A stretch of 43,833 nucleotides of DNA, taken from NCBI GenBank assembly GCA_030770535.1, contig JASVEC010000137.1, positions 1 to 43,833 of the forward strand, given 5' to 3'. Source of the stretch: Batkoa obscura. Its lineage: Eukaryota. This document shows positions 21,737 through 34,003 of the stretch, in pieces; position 1 is the stretch's first letter; every line of letters begins with the position of its first letter. A model generated the notes under the pieces. It did no database searches and was not told where the DNA came from. It saw nothing but the letters and a program-made list of their open reading frames with translations. Position numbers and translations under genes: made by a program.

Positions 21737-22820
21737 TTGAATATTTAGTAGCTGTACTAGAGTTATTGTTTTCCAGAAATGTAAGTTTATTGGTATTTAT
21801 ACTTTCAATTAGTAAATGATAGAACTATCTACTAAACTGTGTGATACTATCATCTGATTATGGATAGTTCATCAGGTCAATTGACTGTTTTATAGTGCAT
21901 TGTTAAATATTTTTAGTATATTTCTAAATATGTGCTAATTCTAGAATTTTAGACTTAATTTAAGTTATATTAAAACATTATAACTAAATAAGTATTTTGA
22001 TTACGGTTTTGTAATTTTATTTTGGTTAATGATCAACTTTGCTAATAATTTTGCAACTAAACTGTGTACTATTTGAATTTGTAATTGTAGTTGGATACTT
22101 ATTTGTTAATACCTTACTTTTTTAGGATGTTAGTACACATCCCTTGTTCTTGCATTTTATTGTGTAAATTACTTCTAGTTTTCAATACATGAAATTAATG
22201 GTTTTAGACAAAATAATTCTGTCTTTTCTATTCGGACATCTGATGTCTAGGAATTTTTAATATTTCCATGTTATTTGGCCTATCTCTGATTTAGATATTG
22301 TTTTTAGAACTATAATTAAGGTGTAAAAATAATTAACTAGATATGATATGATTTTTAAATATATTTTTAAATTGACTGAAAGTAATCTACATTGAATAAT
22401 TAAACTATTTTTATTTATCTAAAAACCTTATATCACCAATCTATTTAGATATTGAATTATATGATTGTTAAATGAAATTACTTATAAAAATAAAAAATCA
22501 CTCATTCAGAATTTTAGTATACAAATGATAACAGCTGATAGTGAAGTGGTAAAAAAAATGACAAGGTAAAGCTTCTTGCTATATAATAATTGGTCAAGAG
22601 TACATAAAACTTTTACTCGTATTATCATATATCAATTAAAAACAATTTTTTAACATAAAAATCCTAAAGTAAGCTAATTGATAAATAAACTTATTACAGT
22701 CATGTTAAAGTAGTACATGAATTGTAAACGTAAGTATTTTAATTTGCAACGTCAATCACTGTATAATAATTTTAAATATAATTATAAAATATTATTCAAA
22801 AAAATAAGTCTAATAGATAA

Positions 22821-22893
22821 GCTCCGTTAGCTCAGTTGGCAGAGCGTGGTGCTAATAACGCTAAGGTCATAGGTTCAAGCCCTATACGGAGCA
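22821..22893 (+). tRNA. tRNA-Ile (AAT), copy 1
   Basis: GCTCCGT...ACGGAGCA acceptor stem, TGGTG-CTAATAA-CGCTA anticodon arm, GGTTCAAG T loop. Confidence 0.95.
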
Positions 22894-23252
22894 TAATTTT
22901 GCAATCAAAATATTGACTATTTTTTTAAATCTGAATTAGTTTTATTTATTTGTAGTTCATAATAGCTCTAAATATTATTGTTTTATTGTAAAATGCTTTG
23001 GACATCCAAAAATTTGCTATTTCTATTAGTAATTGTTTAAATATAAGTTGGGTTTACTTAGATTAATATTAAAACAGCCAATAACTTTTTGATATAATGA
23101 ATTTAATTATTGTCACTCTGTTAGACTAAGTTTGATAATGACCAAAAATATATTTACTATAAAATCGATATAAATAATAAGCTTTTAAACAAAATAAAAC
23201 AAATCATAAATCATAAATAAGTTTATTAAAATTAAAGCAACTACTTTCACTT

Positions 23253-24766
23253 CTATTTTATAATTTTAACCATTTCTTGAACAAGTTTACAAAATTTATT
23301 TGCTTTTTTAACAAGATTGTTGTTTGTTAAAATTATTTTTTTTACTTTATGGTCATTACTCTCTACTATTTCTCTTTTTTCTTCTTCCAATGCTTTTAAT
23401 CGCTTATGTAACTCTCTCTTTTCATTATCTGCAACTTTCATTGCTTCTTCTCTCTTCCTTTTAACTAACTCACTTTTATATTTTTCGATTGATAGCATTT
23501 CTCTTTTCTTTTTATAATTTTCATTTCGTTCTTTTACTTCATTAGTTATCCTTTCATCTTCCATTAGTAGAACCTAAAGCAGAATTAATATTTATGTTCA
23601 AATATAAACTACATTATATTACTTTTTCTTCCGCTTTAAAGTCTCCTATAGCTTTCTCTAATGTTTCATTTTTATCTTTGAATTCCTTTTGTTTTTTATC
23701 TAAACTTGCAAATCTCTTAATTTGTATCATTAGCTCTTTTATCAGTTTTTTTCTTATTTCCAACTCTTCTCTGTTATCTTTTAATATATTAATCTGGTCT
23801 TTAATTTTATTTATTTCTTCCATGCCAATTGCTATAATTTGTTCCATTTTTGTATTATCTTCTCGATTCTTTTTAATGGACTCCATCAATTTGGCTGGAT
23901 CTTCGATAATCATGGAACTCAATTCGGTAATAATATATTTACCTTTTTTAATTACTTCTTCCAATGCATCAATCTTTATTCGATTTTTTGTATGAATTTC
24001 TCTTAACTCATCATGTACCGCTGACGTTTTCTCTTGCTCTTTAGCCATCATTATCATCTCTTCTTTATCTATTTTAATTATTGAATTGATTTTGCTTTCT
24101 TGGTAAACTTCATCTTCGGTTATTCTAACGAATTTAGACAACTATAATAAGATAATAATTTTATGCTTACTCATTTTCAATATTGTATTGTTTCATTTGC
24201 CTATTTTCTTCCAGTTTTTCATCCAGCTTATCAGATACTTCATTCTAGGATTAATTGTAAATAATATATTAGAAATGGTCATTTTAATAGTTACCAGCGC
24301 TCTAATCCTATCATCTATAAGTTTAGAATAAAATTCCCTATACCTTAAAAAGTTAATTAGTTGAGACAAGATCCTTATTATTTTCTTAGGTTTAGGCTCA
24401 ACTAAATCAATATAGCTAACAGGCTCAATATTCAACGATTTAAAAAATTCATTTCTAAACTTATAATTAGTCATACAATCAAAACTAAACAAAGAAAAAT
24501 TACAATCTTTTAAGATAAGCAAGTAATCCAGCAAGATCTTGTAATATATGATCATACTCTTTAAAATGATTTCTAACGTACTCAATATCAGGCACAAGAC
24601 CGATACCTAGAAACAATTCGCTTATTGAATTGAAGATTGTAAGGCAGTCCATTTCAGAAGGTTTCAAAATTTGTGTTTCATGGATGTATATTTCTAACTT
24701 CCTTAATACTTCTACTATCTGCTGTGGTTCAAGAATTGGCTCATCAATCGTTTTGTTAAAACTCAT
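23253..24766 (-). CDS. NUF2: Kinetochore protein Nuf2 (Ndc80 complex), multi-exon
   Basis: N-terminal PILEPQQIVEVL...LKPS and DLVEPKPKKIIRILSQLINFLRYRE (Nuf2 CH-domain signature), then a long coiled coil. The four ORF fragments join at short introns. Confidence 0.8.
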
Positions 24767-24899
24767 TTTAATAAGTTGAAATTAATTATAATGAAATAGA
24801 AGTTTTATAAAAAGATAAACTATAAATTGATCAGTTTTTTAAATTATTCTTTTGCTCTTAAAATAAGTAAGCCAATTAAAATAAAAAAATGACTTAAAC

Positions 24900-25960
24900 T
24901 ATTAATGTGAGCACATCTTTTATTAATTTGGAGTTAATCTATTCAAATTTTAAGCTTGAAAATAGAAAAATAACAAGCATTCAAATATCATTTTATCATT
25001 ACTATAGCGTTTTAATGGCTGCTTTCAACGCTTTAAATGTTAAAGTTTTTTTAAGCATCACCTTAGATTTAACATTTATACAATATATAGATTCATATTT
25101 GAAATTTAAACAATAATAGTTAAGCTATTAATATTTATTATTATAATAAAAATATGAACTTACACTAACACTTATACCAGTCTAACGTAATATTATTTTC
25201 GATCACATTAGAAAGCTTTTTATCTTTAACAGGCACAATAATTAATAGAGAAATACTTAGCTTGTAACTAATCTGTCTACCAGTATCTATAAGATTAAAA
25301 ACTTTAACCCTAATTATCTCAACGTTTGGAAATAAGGATTAAAAAAATACATCAAAAGTAGGTTTGAAATGGGGATGTATTTTTTTGTTTAACAATTTTA
25401 CTAACAATCTTTCCACTCAAGTAGCGCTTAAAAAACGGAAAAGTAATGAAATCAAAAAAAACATCCCCATATTTAATTACATTTTTAATAACAATTCCTT
25501 GCGAATTTCAAATATTCCATAAATTCAAATACTTCGTTTGTTTCAAATAAACGCTCAATAAATTTGACAGATGTTTATAGCTATAATAACTTTTCACTTT
25601 TCTTAATTTTGGTACTTTATTTTCTAATTTAATGACTTTATCACTTTTATTAATAGTATATGTACAATTGTAACTTATAAACACCACACTTGAACATTCA
25701 GTTAAAAACTCAATATCATCATTATTAGTATTTAAATGTTTCATCAATAACCCATTTTCTTTGATAAATTCTCCTTGGAAATTTCGATATTGTTTAAGTT
25801 CGTTCTTATTATATCCAAGGACATACTAAATTGTATCTAATGATGTAGTCTACAACTTTTAACAAATACTTAAGAGCTTTAATTCAAATAACTCAGCTGG
25901 ATTTAACAATTTGAACACCTTTCTCAGTATGATATCTGGTAATTTGTTAAAACTTAATAA
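24900..25960 (-). pseudogene. F-box/LRR-type pseudogene interrupted by a MITE
   Basis: The minus frame reads FNKLPDIILRKVFKLLNPAELFELKLLS (F-box motif), then in-frame stops, then continues into the 25508-25747 ORF (VPKLRKV..TKYLNL). The 3' boundary is approximate. Confidence 0.6.
25371..25468 (+). mobile_element. MITE copy
   Basis: Perfect GGGGATGT...ACATCCCC TIR; flanks AAAT/ATAT. Confidence 0.85.
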
Positions 25961-26125
25961 CACTACAAACTAAATAAAAGAAAAAGGATTGAAAATGCTT
26001 TCTAGTTATTTATAAACTTATTCTTTTGTTAAACAACATTTAGCTCAGTTTGTTATTGACTAAAATAATATTTAACCTTCGAAGGTTAATATTTCAATTA
26101 AAGAAAGCTTGTTTGACATACTTTT

Positions 26126-26870
26126 TTATTGAGGAAAACTTGAAATCTGGAAAAAGATGGTTTGAATCCCCTTGAGGTATATATGTCCATTTTCGATATC
26201 TCTTCTAAACAAATAAGAGATCAACGCAAAGAATTCAGTCTTTTTGTCATCAATCACTTTATTAGCTTCTATTGAGATTTTTCTAACTTCGAATGACTCA
26301 TCACTAACCTCAGAAATATCTCTGAATATCTTATTCATGGTAGTATTTTTTTCAACTATATCAGCAAACTGGTTCCTAACTTCAGGTAGATAATGTCTAG
26401 GGAGCAGATTTACTAGCATTACTTATACTGGTAGTTGTGAGCTTTATATCCCCACTGCCGGCAATTCTGGCTTCATAGTTGAGCACATTTATTGAATATA
26501 ATCCGATAATAAATGCTACATAAAAAAGCCATTATTATAATGGATATAATCTAGACTTGAGCTTTCAAGATGTTTCCTAACAGCTGATTTTGGCGAATTG
26601 AATGAGTTGTCAATTCTGCAATATCATTGATTAAGTGCTTTGCTTCTTAAAAATAATTAAACCTTATCCTTCTACTTCCGCTGCAAACTCGGATGGGATA
26701 AACAACTTTACCTTAACTTTAATAGAAATATCAATCAAATCTATATGAACTTCTGCAACATTTGGAGCGGATGGTACTGGTATTAATATACTAATTTTCT
26801 CTAATGCCTTTACAAGGCTTTTTTTGGGGTTATAGTCAATTTCTATAAGCTTTGTACCAACCTTCAAATA
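26126..26870 (-). pseudogene. Decayed coding region of unknown product
   Basis: Two protein-like ORFs are linked by EAKHLINDIAEL..., a probable intron, and HLLSDYIQ*MCSTMKPELPAVGI*SSQLPV*VMLVNLLP (three TAA stops in frame with the 26419 ORF). Confidence 0.45.
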
Positions 26871-27410
26871 TTTATCTTTTAGTTATTTTTTGATTTTAAT
26901 TTTAATTTTAAATTGTTTTTATAGGTTAACTTTAAGAATCCTCCACACAAAAAAACTTCTTTTCCTAAATCAAGTAGATTTTTATTTATAGTACAAAGAT
27001 TATAGCGAGTAAGGTTGCTTATTTATAAAATTTAAGCTATTGGTGCATACAAAAATTAAAACTAAATATACTAGTAATAGAAAGGAGTATATTAATAACA
27101 ACAAGTTGTAAGAATTTAGCTAGAAGGTTCAAATCTGTTTTAAATTTCAATCTGCTATGGAAAGGCTAAGGCTAACCTGAGGTTCTATCTATAGCTTAAA
27201 TTAAGTTTTTATAAATAAAAGTACAAAATGCTACTTATTGCAGCAATTTTTACCCTATAGGAGGCGATAAAATGAGATAAAGATTGTCAACAAGGTATAA
27301 TTAAAAAGTCAAAATCGATCTATAACCTTTTTAAAGAAAACGAAATGTGGCGTTATTTGTTGTATAATTTTCTGTATAATGCTCTGAAATTTGTATGAGG
27401 GTTATTTTCT

Positions 27411-27484
27411 CTGGTGGCTTTATCACTTTTTCTATCTTTTAAGCACTATTTAAGTGGAAAAACTGAGTAAAGCTCTTAAATATA
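27411..27484 (-). mobile_element. Degraded MITE copy, reverse orientation
   Basis: GCTTTATCACTTTTTCTATCTTTTAAGCACTATTTAAGTGGAAAAA matches the core. Confidence 0.65.
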
Positions 27485-27740
27485 GATGGATTTACATATA
27501 ATAAATTTTTTACATTAAATTCGATTACTGTTTTGATTAGTTCCATGAATCTCTCACTGCTTCTCAGTTACATTAAAACCTTATAAAAAGGTTTTAATTC
27601 CTTTTGGTGGACTAATACTTGATCAAATATATTTTCGCTTTCTTATTGAGCTTATTATATTTTATAAATCACTATCCACAATTAAATATCTTAAATCGAT
27701 TTTATATGATACTTCTCTAGTCCTGCTTTTAAATTGATAT

Positions 27741-27836
27741 AGGGATGTATTTTTGTGTAAGAATTTCACTAACAAATTCTCCGCTTAAATAGCGCTTAAA
27801 AAATGGAAAAAATAATGAAACCAAAAAAACACTCCC
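27741..27836 (+). mobile_element. MITE copy
   Basis: AGGGATGTATTTTT...AAAAACACTCCC plus the shared core. Confidence 0.82.
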
Positions 27837-29291
27837 ATGCATTATCAATCTGATTGACATTTTCGCCAACTCCTTTTAAAATCATAATTTATAATGGCAA
27901 TTCGTAGATTTGCAAACCTACTCTTTACTAATTGGCAATAAAGTGCACTTGGGAAAAGACTAACTAGGTATTCCTTTTATTTTTTTAAACATACTGAAAA
28001 GCTTTAAGGCATTCAAAGCAATCGCACGGTCTCAAATTACATTTCATCCCTGTTTTATTAAGCTTAGAGTGCTAAAGCCATTGTCTCATTTTACGGGCAT
28101 ATTGAGTTTTATATAGCGTAATTTAACAGAAATAAACTGAGATGAGTTTGTACACTAATGATACTTAATAGAGGGTCATTTTGAAAAGCTTAAAGAGCTG
28201 AATCTATATTCCCTTCATTCATTTTATTTTTGTCTTTGATGAAATGTTTTCTTAAATTCATATTCAAATATTTTTTTAATCCATTGTTCGTTGATGAACT
28301 TTATGCCTTTTCAAGCAATTTAGAAGCATTTATAAATACTAAATAATCAAGCAATCAAAATGATTTATTAAAGTATGAATCAAAACTTGGCAGAATACAA
28401 AATTATATTAAATTAATTTTATGGTTTTTATAAAAAAAATCAAAGTTTAAGTACTTTATGTATTATAAACAAAAGAAGGAATAATTTAAAAACATTTATT
28501 GCACAAACTATCAAATTTTATAAGTTCTACAAATAGTTAAAATACTAAAAATACTGCAAAAATCAGTTGTCTATATATGACTTTTTGCTTTTAAAGCTAT
28601 ACTCAGTTTAAAATGCCCATTTTGAGCTTTTATTAAATTAGTTATTATACAATATTTCAATATTCATGATATCTTTATATGACAGAAATTTCTTGGTTGT
28701 ATGTTAATATCTAGCTATTTCGCTAAGTTACCAAAGGAAAAAATAAGTAGGAATTCTTTTAAATTTGAGTATATTAGCTTTGTATAGTTTAATACTTATA
28801 ATATAGTTGTTTTATTAATATTGGACTATTTGAAATTTTGTAACTGAATTTCAAATAAAGATTCAAATTTAAAAATATAAAAACAAATCCCTGTTATAAA
28901 TTTTTATAACTTGAAAACACCCACAAAACGAAATTGAACCAAGACCTCCAGTCAAAAGTTTTATGGAGGGGGGAGGAAGCTTAGCTAAGCATAAAATATC
29001 TTAATTCAACAAAAAATTTGATAGGTATTGATAGGGTGAGAAAAAGACTAAAATTAAGTTTTGGACCACTTGAATAAGATTGACCCATGAATTCGAAGGG
29101 GAATTTTGTGTGGAACTACTTTAGCATAAAATAATTTTTTGGTAAAAACATAGGCAATGCAGAGTTTAAGGTTAACTAAAAATGAAAACATCCCCACAGT
29201 AACAATAATAAATTAAAAATAGACATATAAATAGTTTACAAAGTACGGCAATATTTATTAATTTACATTTTTAATTTATATATATAACATA

Positions 29292-29987
29292 ATGGACCCT
29301 AATAGCTCTAGTGCTTCTGCTTACTTAAGTAATAATCTAATGATATGGTCGATCGTCACCTTAGTATTAGGAATCATCTTATTTTTATTCGGTGGTATAA
29401 TTTTAGCTAAAGGGTTGAAATGTATCAAGTTTACTCGTGGAATCTCTGGTCTTTGGTTCTTTGGTTACTTGACATATCTTCTTGGTATTGTTATCATTGT
29501 AAATGTGTCACCAAGTGATCCTACTACTGCTCTATGGATTGTGTTTGGCTGTACTATAGGATTTAGTATTCTTGGTGCTATCTTATGTGGTGCAATTGGT
29601 ATTTTAGGCGACATCATTTTAGGAGCAGCTTCAGGTTGGAGTTTATGGACTATCTTCTCTCCTTTCGTTTCAAACAACATTGTTAACTTGGTTGTAAGTA
29701 TTGTCCTTGCTTTAGTTTTCGCTATCCTAGTTGTATGGTTTAAGGAAAAGGCACAAATCTTTGCATCTAGCTGGATTGGATCCATCTTACTTATCAGTGG
29801 TGCTGTATATATTATAATCAACTCAATCGTATTATCTGGTAACTACGATGCACTTGTATCCGGTTCTCTTATCCTGTATATTATTTCAATCATTGCCACT
29901 TTCTTAGTTTTCGCTGTTGCTTCTTATCTTCATTTCAGATCAAACTCTTCAATTCAACAGCCTATTGAAAAGCAAGAAGATGCCTAA
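29292..29987 (+). CDS. Multi-pass membrane protein (TM7S3/TMEM198, DUF4203-like), paralog 1
   Basis: About 7 hydrophobic Gly-rich segments; G.IL..KG.K..KFT..ISG and ASSWIGS.LL..G patterns resemble DUF4203. Intronless. Confidence 0.75.
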   Translation: MDPNSSSASAYLSNNLMIWSIVTLVLGIILFLFGGIILAKGLKCIKFTRGISGLWFFGYLTYLLGIVIIVNVSPSDPTTALWIVFGCTIGFSILGAILCGAIGILGDIILGAASGWSLWTIFSPFVSNNIVNLVVSIVLALVFAILVVWFKEKAQIFASSWIGSILLISGAVYIIINSIVLSGNYDALVSGSLILYIISIIATFLVFAVASYLHFRSNSSIQQPIEKQEDA

Positions 29988-30551
29988 ATACTCTAACTCT
30001 ATTATTTAATTTCATAATAAACATTTAATATCTATTGATGATTACAAATGTTTTTCAACTAAATCTACTTCAATTTCTTCAATTTTTTAATATTGACAGT
30101 GATTCAAATTTAATATTGATATTTAAATATATGTTTGAAATGGTTTTTCCATTTTGGAGTAAGCTTATAGATAAGTAATAGTTTTTTTGATCCTTATCTA
30201 AAATCAACAATGTTATAAAAGAAAATACAAGACTATGATTATTATTTTGTACAATAACTTGAATGATTAATGATCATGCTTCACTTTAGAAATAATATCC
30301 AACAAAAGTCTACATAGAAGTAAATTAATTATAGCAAATAAAGTACCCATTATATTATTTATTGTTCAATGAATTATGGGAACATTTGAAGCTAAATAGC
30401 ATTTTATTGGCTATCCTTAAAAGCAAGGGTTATAAAACATCTAACTTAGTTTTTTGTTTTTAATAAATTCTGTTTTAAATATCTATTTAAAACTGTAATT
30501 GTTTTAATATACTTTTATCTTTTAATAAACAACAACTAATATCCTCTAAAG

Positions 30552-32636
30552 ATGGTTAACTCATTGCAAATAAAAAAATTAGCTGAAACTAAACAAAGAC
30601 TGAGTGACAAGAGAACGAGTAAAATAAATAAGTCAAATGATTTAAAGGAAGATAATGGTGATGGTGACACTATAACTCAACTTAATGAAATTGTCATAAA
30701 CCCGGACTCCAGTTTGATTACCAATGAAGAGAGTATTATTCAGGAGCAAAGTAGTAATGATTATAATAATGTCAGAGGTGAGAGGAGTGAAATTTCAGGA
30801 GGATTCAATGATGTTTTGGAAGGGCTCAAGGGAGATGAAGTTTTAAATGAGGATGGAGATCTAGAATCTCAACCAACAAGAAAGTATTTTAACTTTGCAA
30901 ATTATGTTAAGCCAATCAATGAGAAAGAAAGATGGCTTAAGATCAAATCAGATGGTATACAATATTCTGGAGCTAAGGATATCCAAAAAGTTGATATTAA
31001 TGAATTAGGGAATATATTAGTATGCTTGGGAGAGATTAATGGAAATAACAATGAAATAAATAAATACAGAAAGATAAGTGGAGGTAGCAGAGGGGAAACT
31101 AAAGTAAATGAAAGCAAAGGAATATGTGAGATCAATGAAAAGGCGAATAATGGAGGCTACAAAAATACCAATGACAATTATACTGGGAAGAAGTTAACTG
31201 CTAAACTATATGGTTTACTTGGAGTTAGTGAAGAATGTATCGAAAACTATAAAAAATTAGTTAGTTGTGGAAGTAAAAAGAAGTTCGATTCGGCTATCAG
31301 CGCTCAATTTTGCAGTAGATCTGTGATCCGTGCTAAAAGATATAATGAAATTGAACTGTTCACTGAAGACATGCCAACTAAAAAAGTCAGAATAGCTGAA
31401 CAAGATATAATGGAAAGAAATGGTTTCAAATTTGATAACAATGTCCCTGAAAGGAATCTAAGGTATGAAGAGTTATTAGGACTTGAAGATATGAGCGATT
31501 TTAAAGCAGGTAAAGGTTACTTTCAATATTTGTGCAACAATGAATACCAACCCATTGCTAAATATTACAATGCCTTAAAAGAAGGGAAAGAATCAGTTGA
31601 GTTATATAAGGATGCTTGTACGAAAAGAATTGAGGAAGCTATCAAAGCACATCATATATTTGACCATTTACCAGTACCTGGAATAGACTTTGAGCCCCTT
31701 ATATTTGATGATGACCAAGGGCTACTGGCTGAGATGCTAGCTAAATTTATGTTCATTGAAGAAAAGAATCAAATACTTGGCAGTGACTTTTTAAATAAGG
31801 AAAACTTAGATGATAGGCATAGAGTTTATGGTTTATATTTAATTAGTGCAATTCTTGGTAAATTTGCTGATGCAAGAGAAGACGTACTACTTGGATTTAC
31901 GTTATTTGATCAGATCATATTCAAATGTCCAAAAATCAATAACGGAAATGTACTCTTATTCGCACTATCATGTGCATTTACAACATTGAAGTTATATGAA
32001 GTTAATTTGCCAAGATTAGATGATATCCTTGATTATACTAAACTTAAACATAAATATACTTGGGATCAAGTAATTGATACCGAGCAAATTACCCTTGAAT
32101 CTTTAGATTTTCAAACATTGTTTGAATCACCAATTGAGTTTTTAGCAAGGATTAACAGACTAGATGCCAACAACAATCGTGTTTATTTATTAGCAAGATA
32201 TTTATGTGAAACGTGCTATATTAGTCGCGATTTAGCAATGTTACCACCATCCAAAATAGCAGCAAGTTGCTATGCTATTGCACGTAGAATGATCAAAGGA
32301 GTTGATTGGAATGCAGAATTTCACTATTATTCAGGCTATTCATTTGAAGAATTAGGAACAAATATAGAAAGGATACTTCATAATGCATTATCAATTGGAG
32401 ATGAGCACTTTCTTTATAAGAGGAACATGAGAATTAGTTATGATACTCCATCTTTCCTTAAAGAAAATGTTAATGAGTGTGTTATTACTAATGCTGATAT
32501 AATCGAAGCAGCCCAACGTTATTTAAGGCTTGATAATCAAGATCAAGCTATCAAAGCTATTAAGAAAGAAGGTCTTGACAATACTGCTATGACTATTAAC
32601 TTCCCACGTGCTCGACCATCTGTATTTTTTGAATAG
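30552..32636 (+). CDS. Divergent B-type-like cyclin (694 aa)
   Basis: The C-terminal half has cyclin N and C boxes: LLFALSCAFTTLKLYEVNLPRLDD, YTWDQVIDTEQITLESLDF, SPIEFLARI, LARYLCE, PPSKIAASC, YYSGYSFEEL. Confidence 0.82.
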   Translation: MVNSLQIKKLAETKQRLSDKRTSKINKSNDLKEDNGDGDTITQLNEIVINPDSSLITNEESIIQEQSSNDYNNVRGERSEISGGFNDVLEGLKGDEVLNEDGDLESQPTRKYFNFANYVKPINEKERWLKIKSDGIQYSGAKDIQKVDINELGNILVCLGEINGNNNEINKYRKISGGSRGETKVNESKGICEINEKANNGGYKNTNDNYTGKKLTAKLYGLLGVSEECIENYKKLVSCGSKKKFDSAISAQFCSRSVIRAKRYNEIELFTEDMPTKKVRIAEQDIMERNGFKFDNNVPERNLRYEELLGLEDMSDFKAGKGYFQYLCNNEYQPIAKYYNALKEGKESVELYKDACTKRIEEAIKAHHIFDHLPVPGIDFEPLIFDDDQGLLAEMLAKFMFIEEKNQILGSDFLNKENLDDRHRVYGLYLISAILGKFADAREDVLLGFTLFDQIIFKCPKINNGNVLLFALSCAFTTLKLYEVNLPRLDDILDYTKLKHKYTWDQVIDTEQITLESLDFQTLFESPIEFLARINRLDANNNRVYLLARYLCETCYISRDLAMLPPSKIAASCYAIARRMIKGVDWNAEFHYYSGYSFEELGTNIERILHNALSIGDEHFLYKRNMRISYDTPSFLKENVNECVITNADIIEAAQRYLRLDNQDQAIKAIKKEGLDNTAMTINFPRARPSVFFE

Positions 32637-32926
32637 TTTTTTATGCCCACTTTATAGCATTTACCATATTAAAATAAATTATTTTAGCTTATACTGTGTT
32701 ATAACCCTTACTATTGTATATCGTTTATGTATTATTAATTCTGAAGTTTGACCATTTCTGATTTTATGTTTTTTGTCTATAATGTTGTGTTGATAAATAG
32801 ATAAAATAAACTTTTATTAGTTAAGGATTTAATCAATTTTTGTGTAATTAAAATTTGTTGCAATAGCTTTTTTAGATCTAAAATTATGTTATAATTATTA
32901 GACTAGTAGATTTAATGACTTATTAT

Positions 32927-33024
32927 GGGGATGTATTTTTGTGTTTGAATTTAACTAATAATCTTTTCGTTCAAGCAATGCTTAAGAAATGGAAAAAGTG
33001 ATGAAATCAAAAAAAGCATCACCC
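32927..33024 (+). mobile_element. MITE copy
   Basis: GGGGATGTATTTTT...AAAAGCATCACC. Confidence 0.75.
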
Positions 33025-33501
33025 TCTTATGTTACGTTTTAAAGCTCTTTTAAATATAAAATGAAATAATTTATCAAGCTCAGTAAAGGGATTAAGTTTA
33101 TGACAGGGAAAAATATTGCTCCAAAAAATTCCCATTTAAAAGAACTATTAGATTAAAAAACTTGTTATTAAGAAATATTAAATTTATGCTACTTTTAAAA
33201 TTAGGATTAGGTCAGGGTTATGCCCAGGCTAGATTTAGGATTAGGACAGAGTTTGCTTTTATTTTTAAAATATTATCTATGTTATCTTAGATTATAATGG
33301 AGCCAAAGCAAAAGTTGGTAGTTTTTTGTAGCATAGAATCTTTTCGAGTAATTGAATTTAAGCCTAGCTTTAAAATGATTGTGAATATTTGCTTTGACAC
33401 AAAGTGAATGATTAAAGTTCACTTTAAATCCAAATCTTGGTTTTCTCACAGCATTTTTATTTGAGTGAAATCAACTATTAAGTAGCCGAGTTTTGTTAGA
33501 T

Positions 33502-33593
33502 GAAAGTATATTTTCTATAAGGATTTTACTAACAATTTTTCTACACAAATAGCGTTTAAATAATGGAAAGGTGATGAAACCAAAAGCACCCAC
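33502..33593 (+). mobile_element. Degraded MITE copy
   Basis: AAGGATTTTACTAACAATTTTTCTACACAAATAGCGTTTAAATAATGGAAAGGTGATGAAACC core. Confidence 0.7.
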
Positions 33594-33681
33594 AGGTCTT
33601 TTTTTGAACGAGCAAAATAAAAATAATCGTAATTAAACTACTACTTAATTTATAGTAATCAATGATAAATATTGAATATAG

Positions 33682-33780
33682 GGGGATGTATTTTTTTTGT
33701 TTAAGGATTTTGGTAACAATCTTTCTACTCAAATAGTGCTTAAAAAATGGAAAAGTAATGTAATCAAAAAAAACATCCCC
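33682..33780 (+). mobile_element. MITE copy
   Basis: Perfect GGGGATGT...ACATCCCC TIR. Confidence 0.85.
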
Positions 33781-34003
33781 ATATCAATAAATCAACATCA
33801 AATTAACTAATATAAAAAAATAATATAAAAAAATAATATAAAAAAGCCACATTTAGCTCTTGTTAATAAAATAATCAATGATTTTGTTATAACAAAAATT
33901 GCTGCTTTTATTAAAAGCAACAATAATATAACTTATGCAAATATTAAAAAATATTTAATAAAAATAAAGTACAATAAATTAAAAAATAATATTATTTATA
34001 TAG

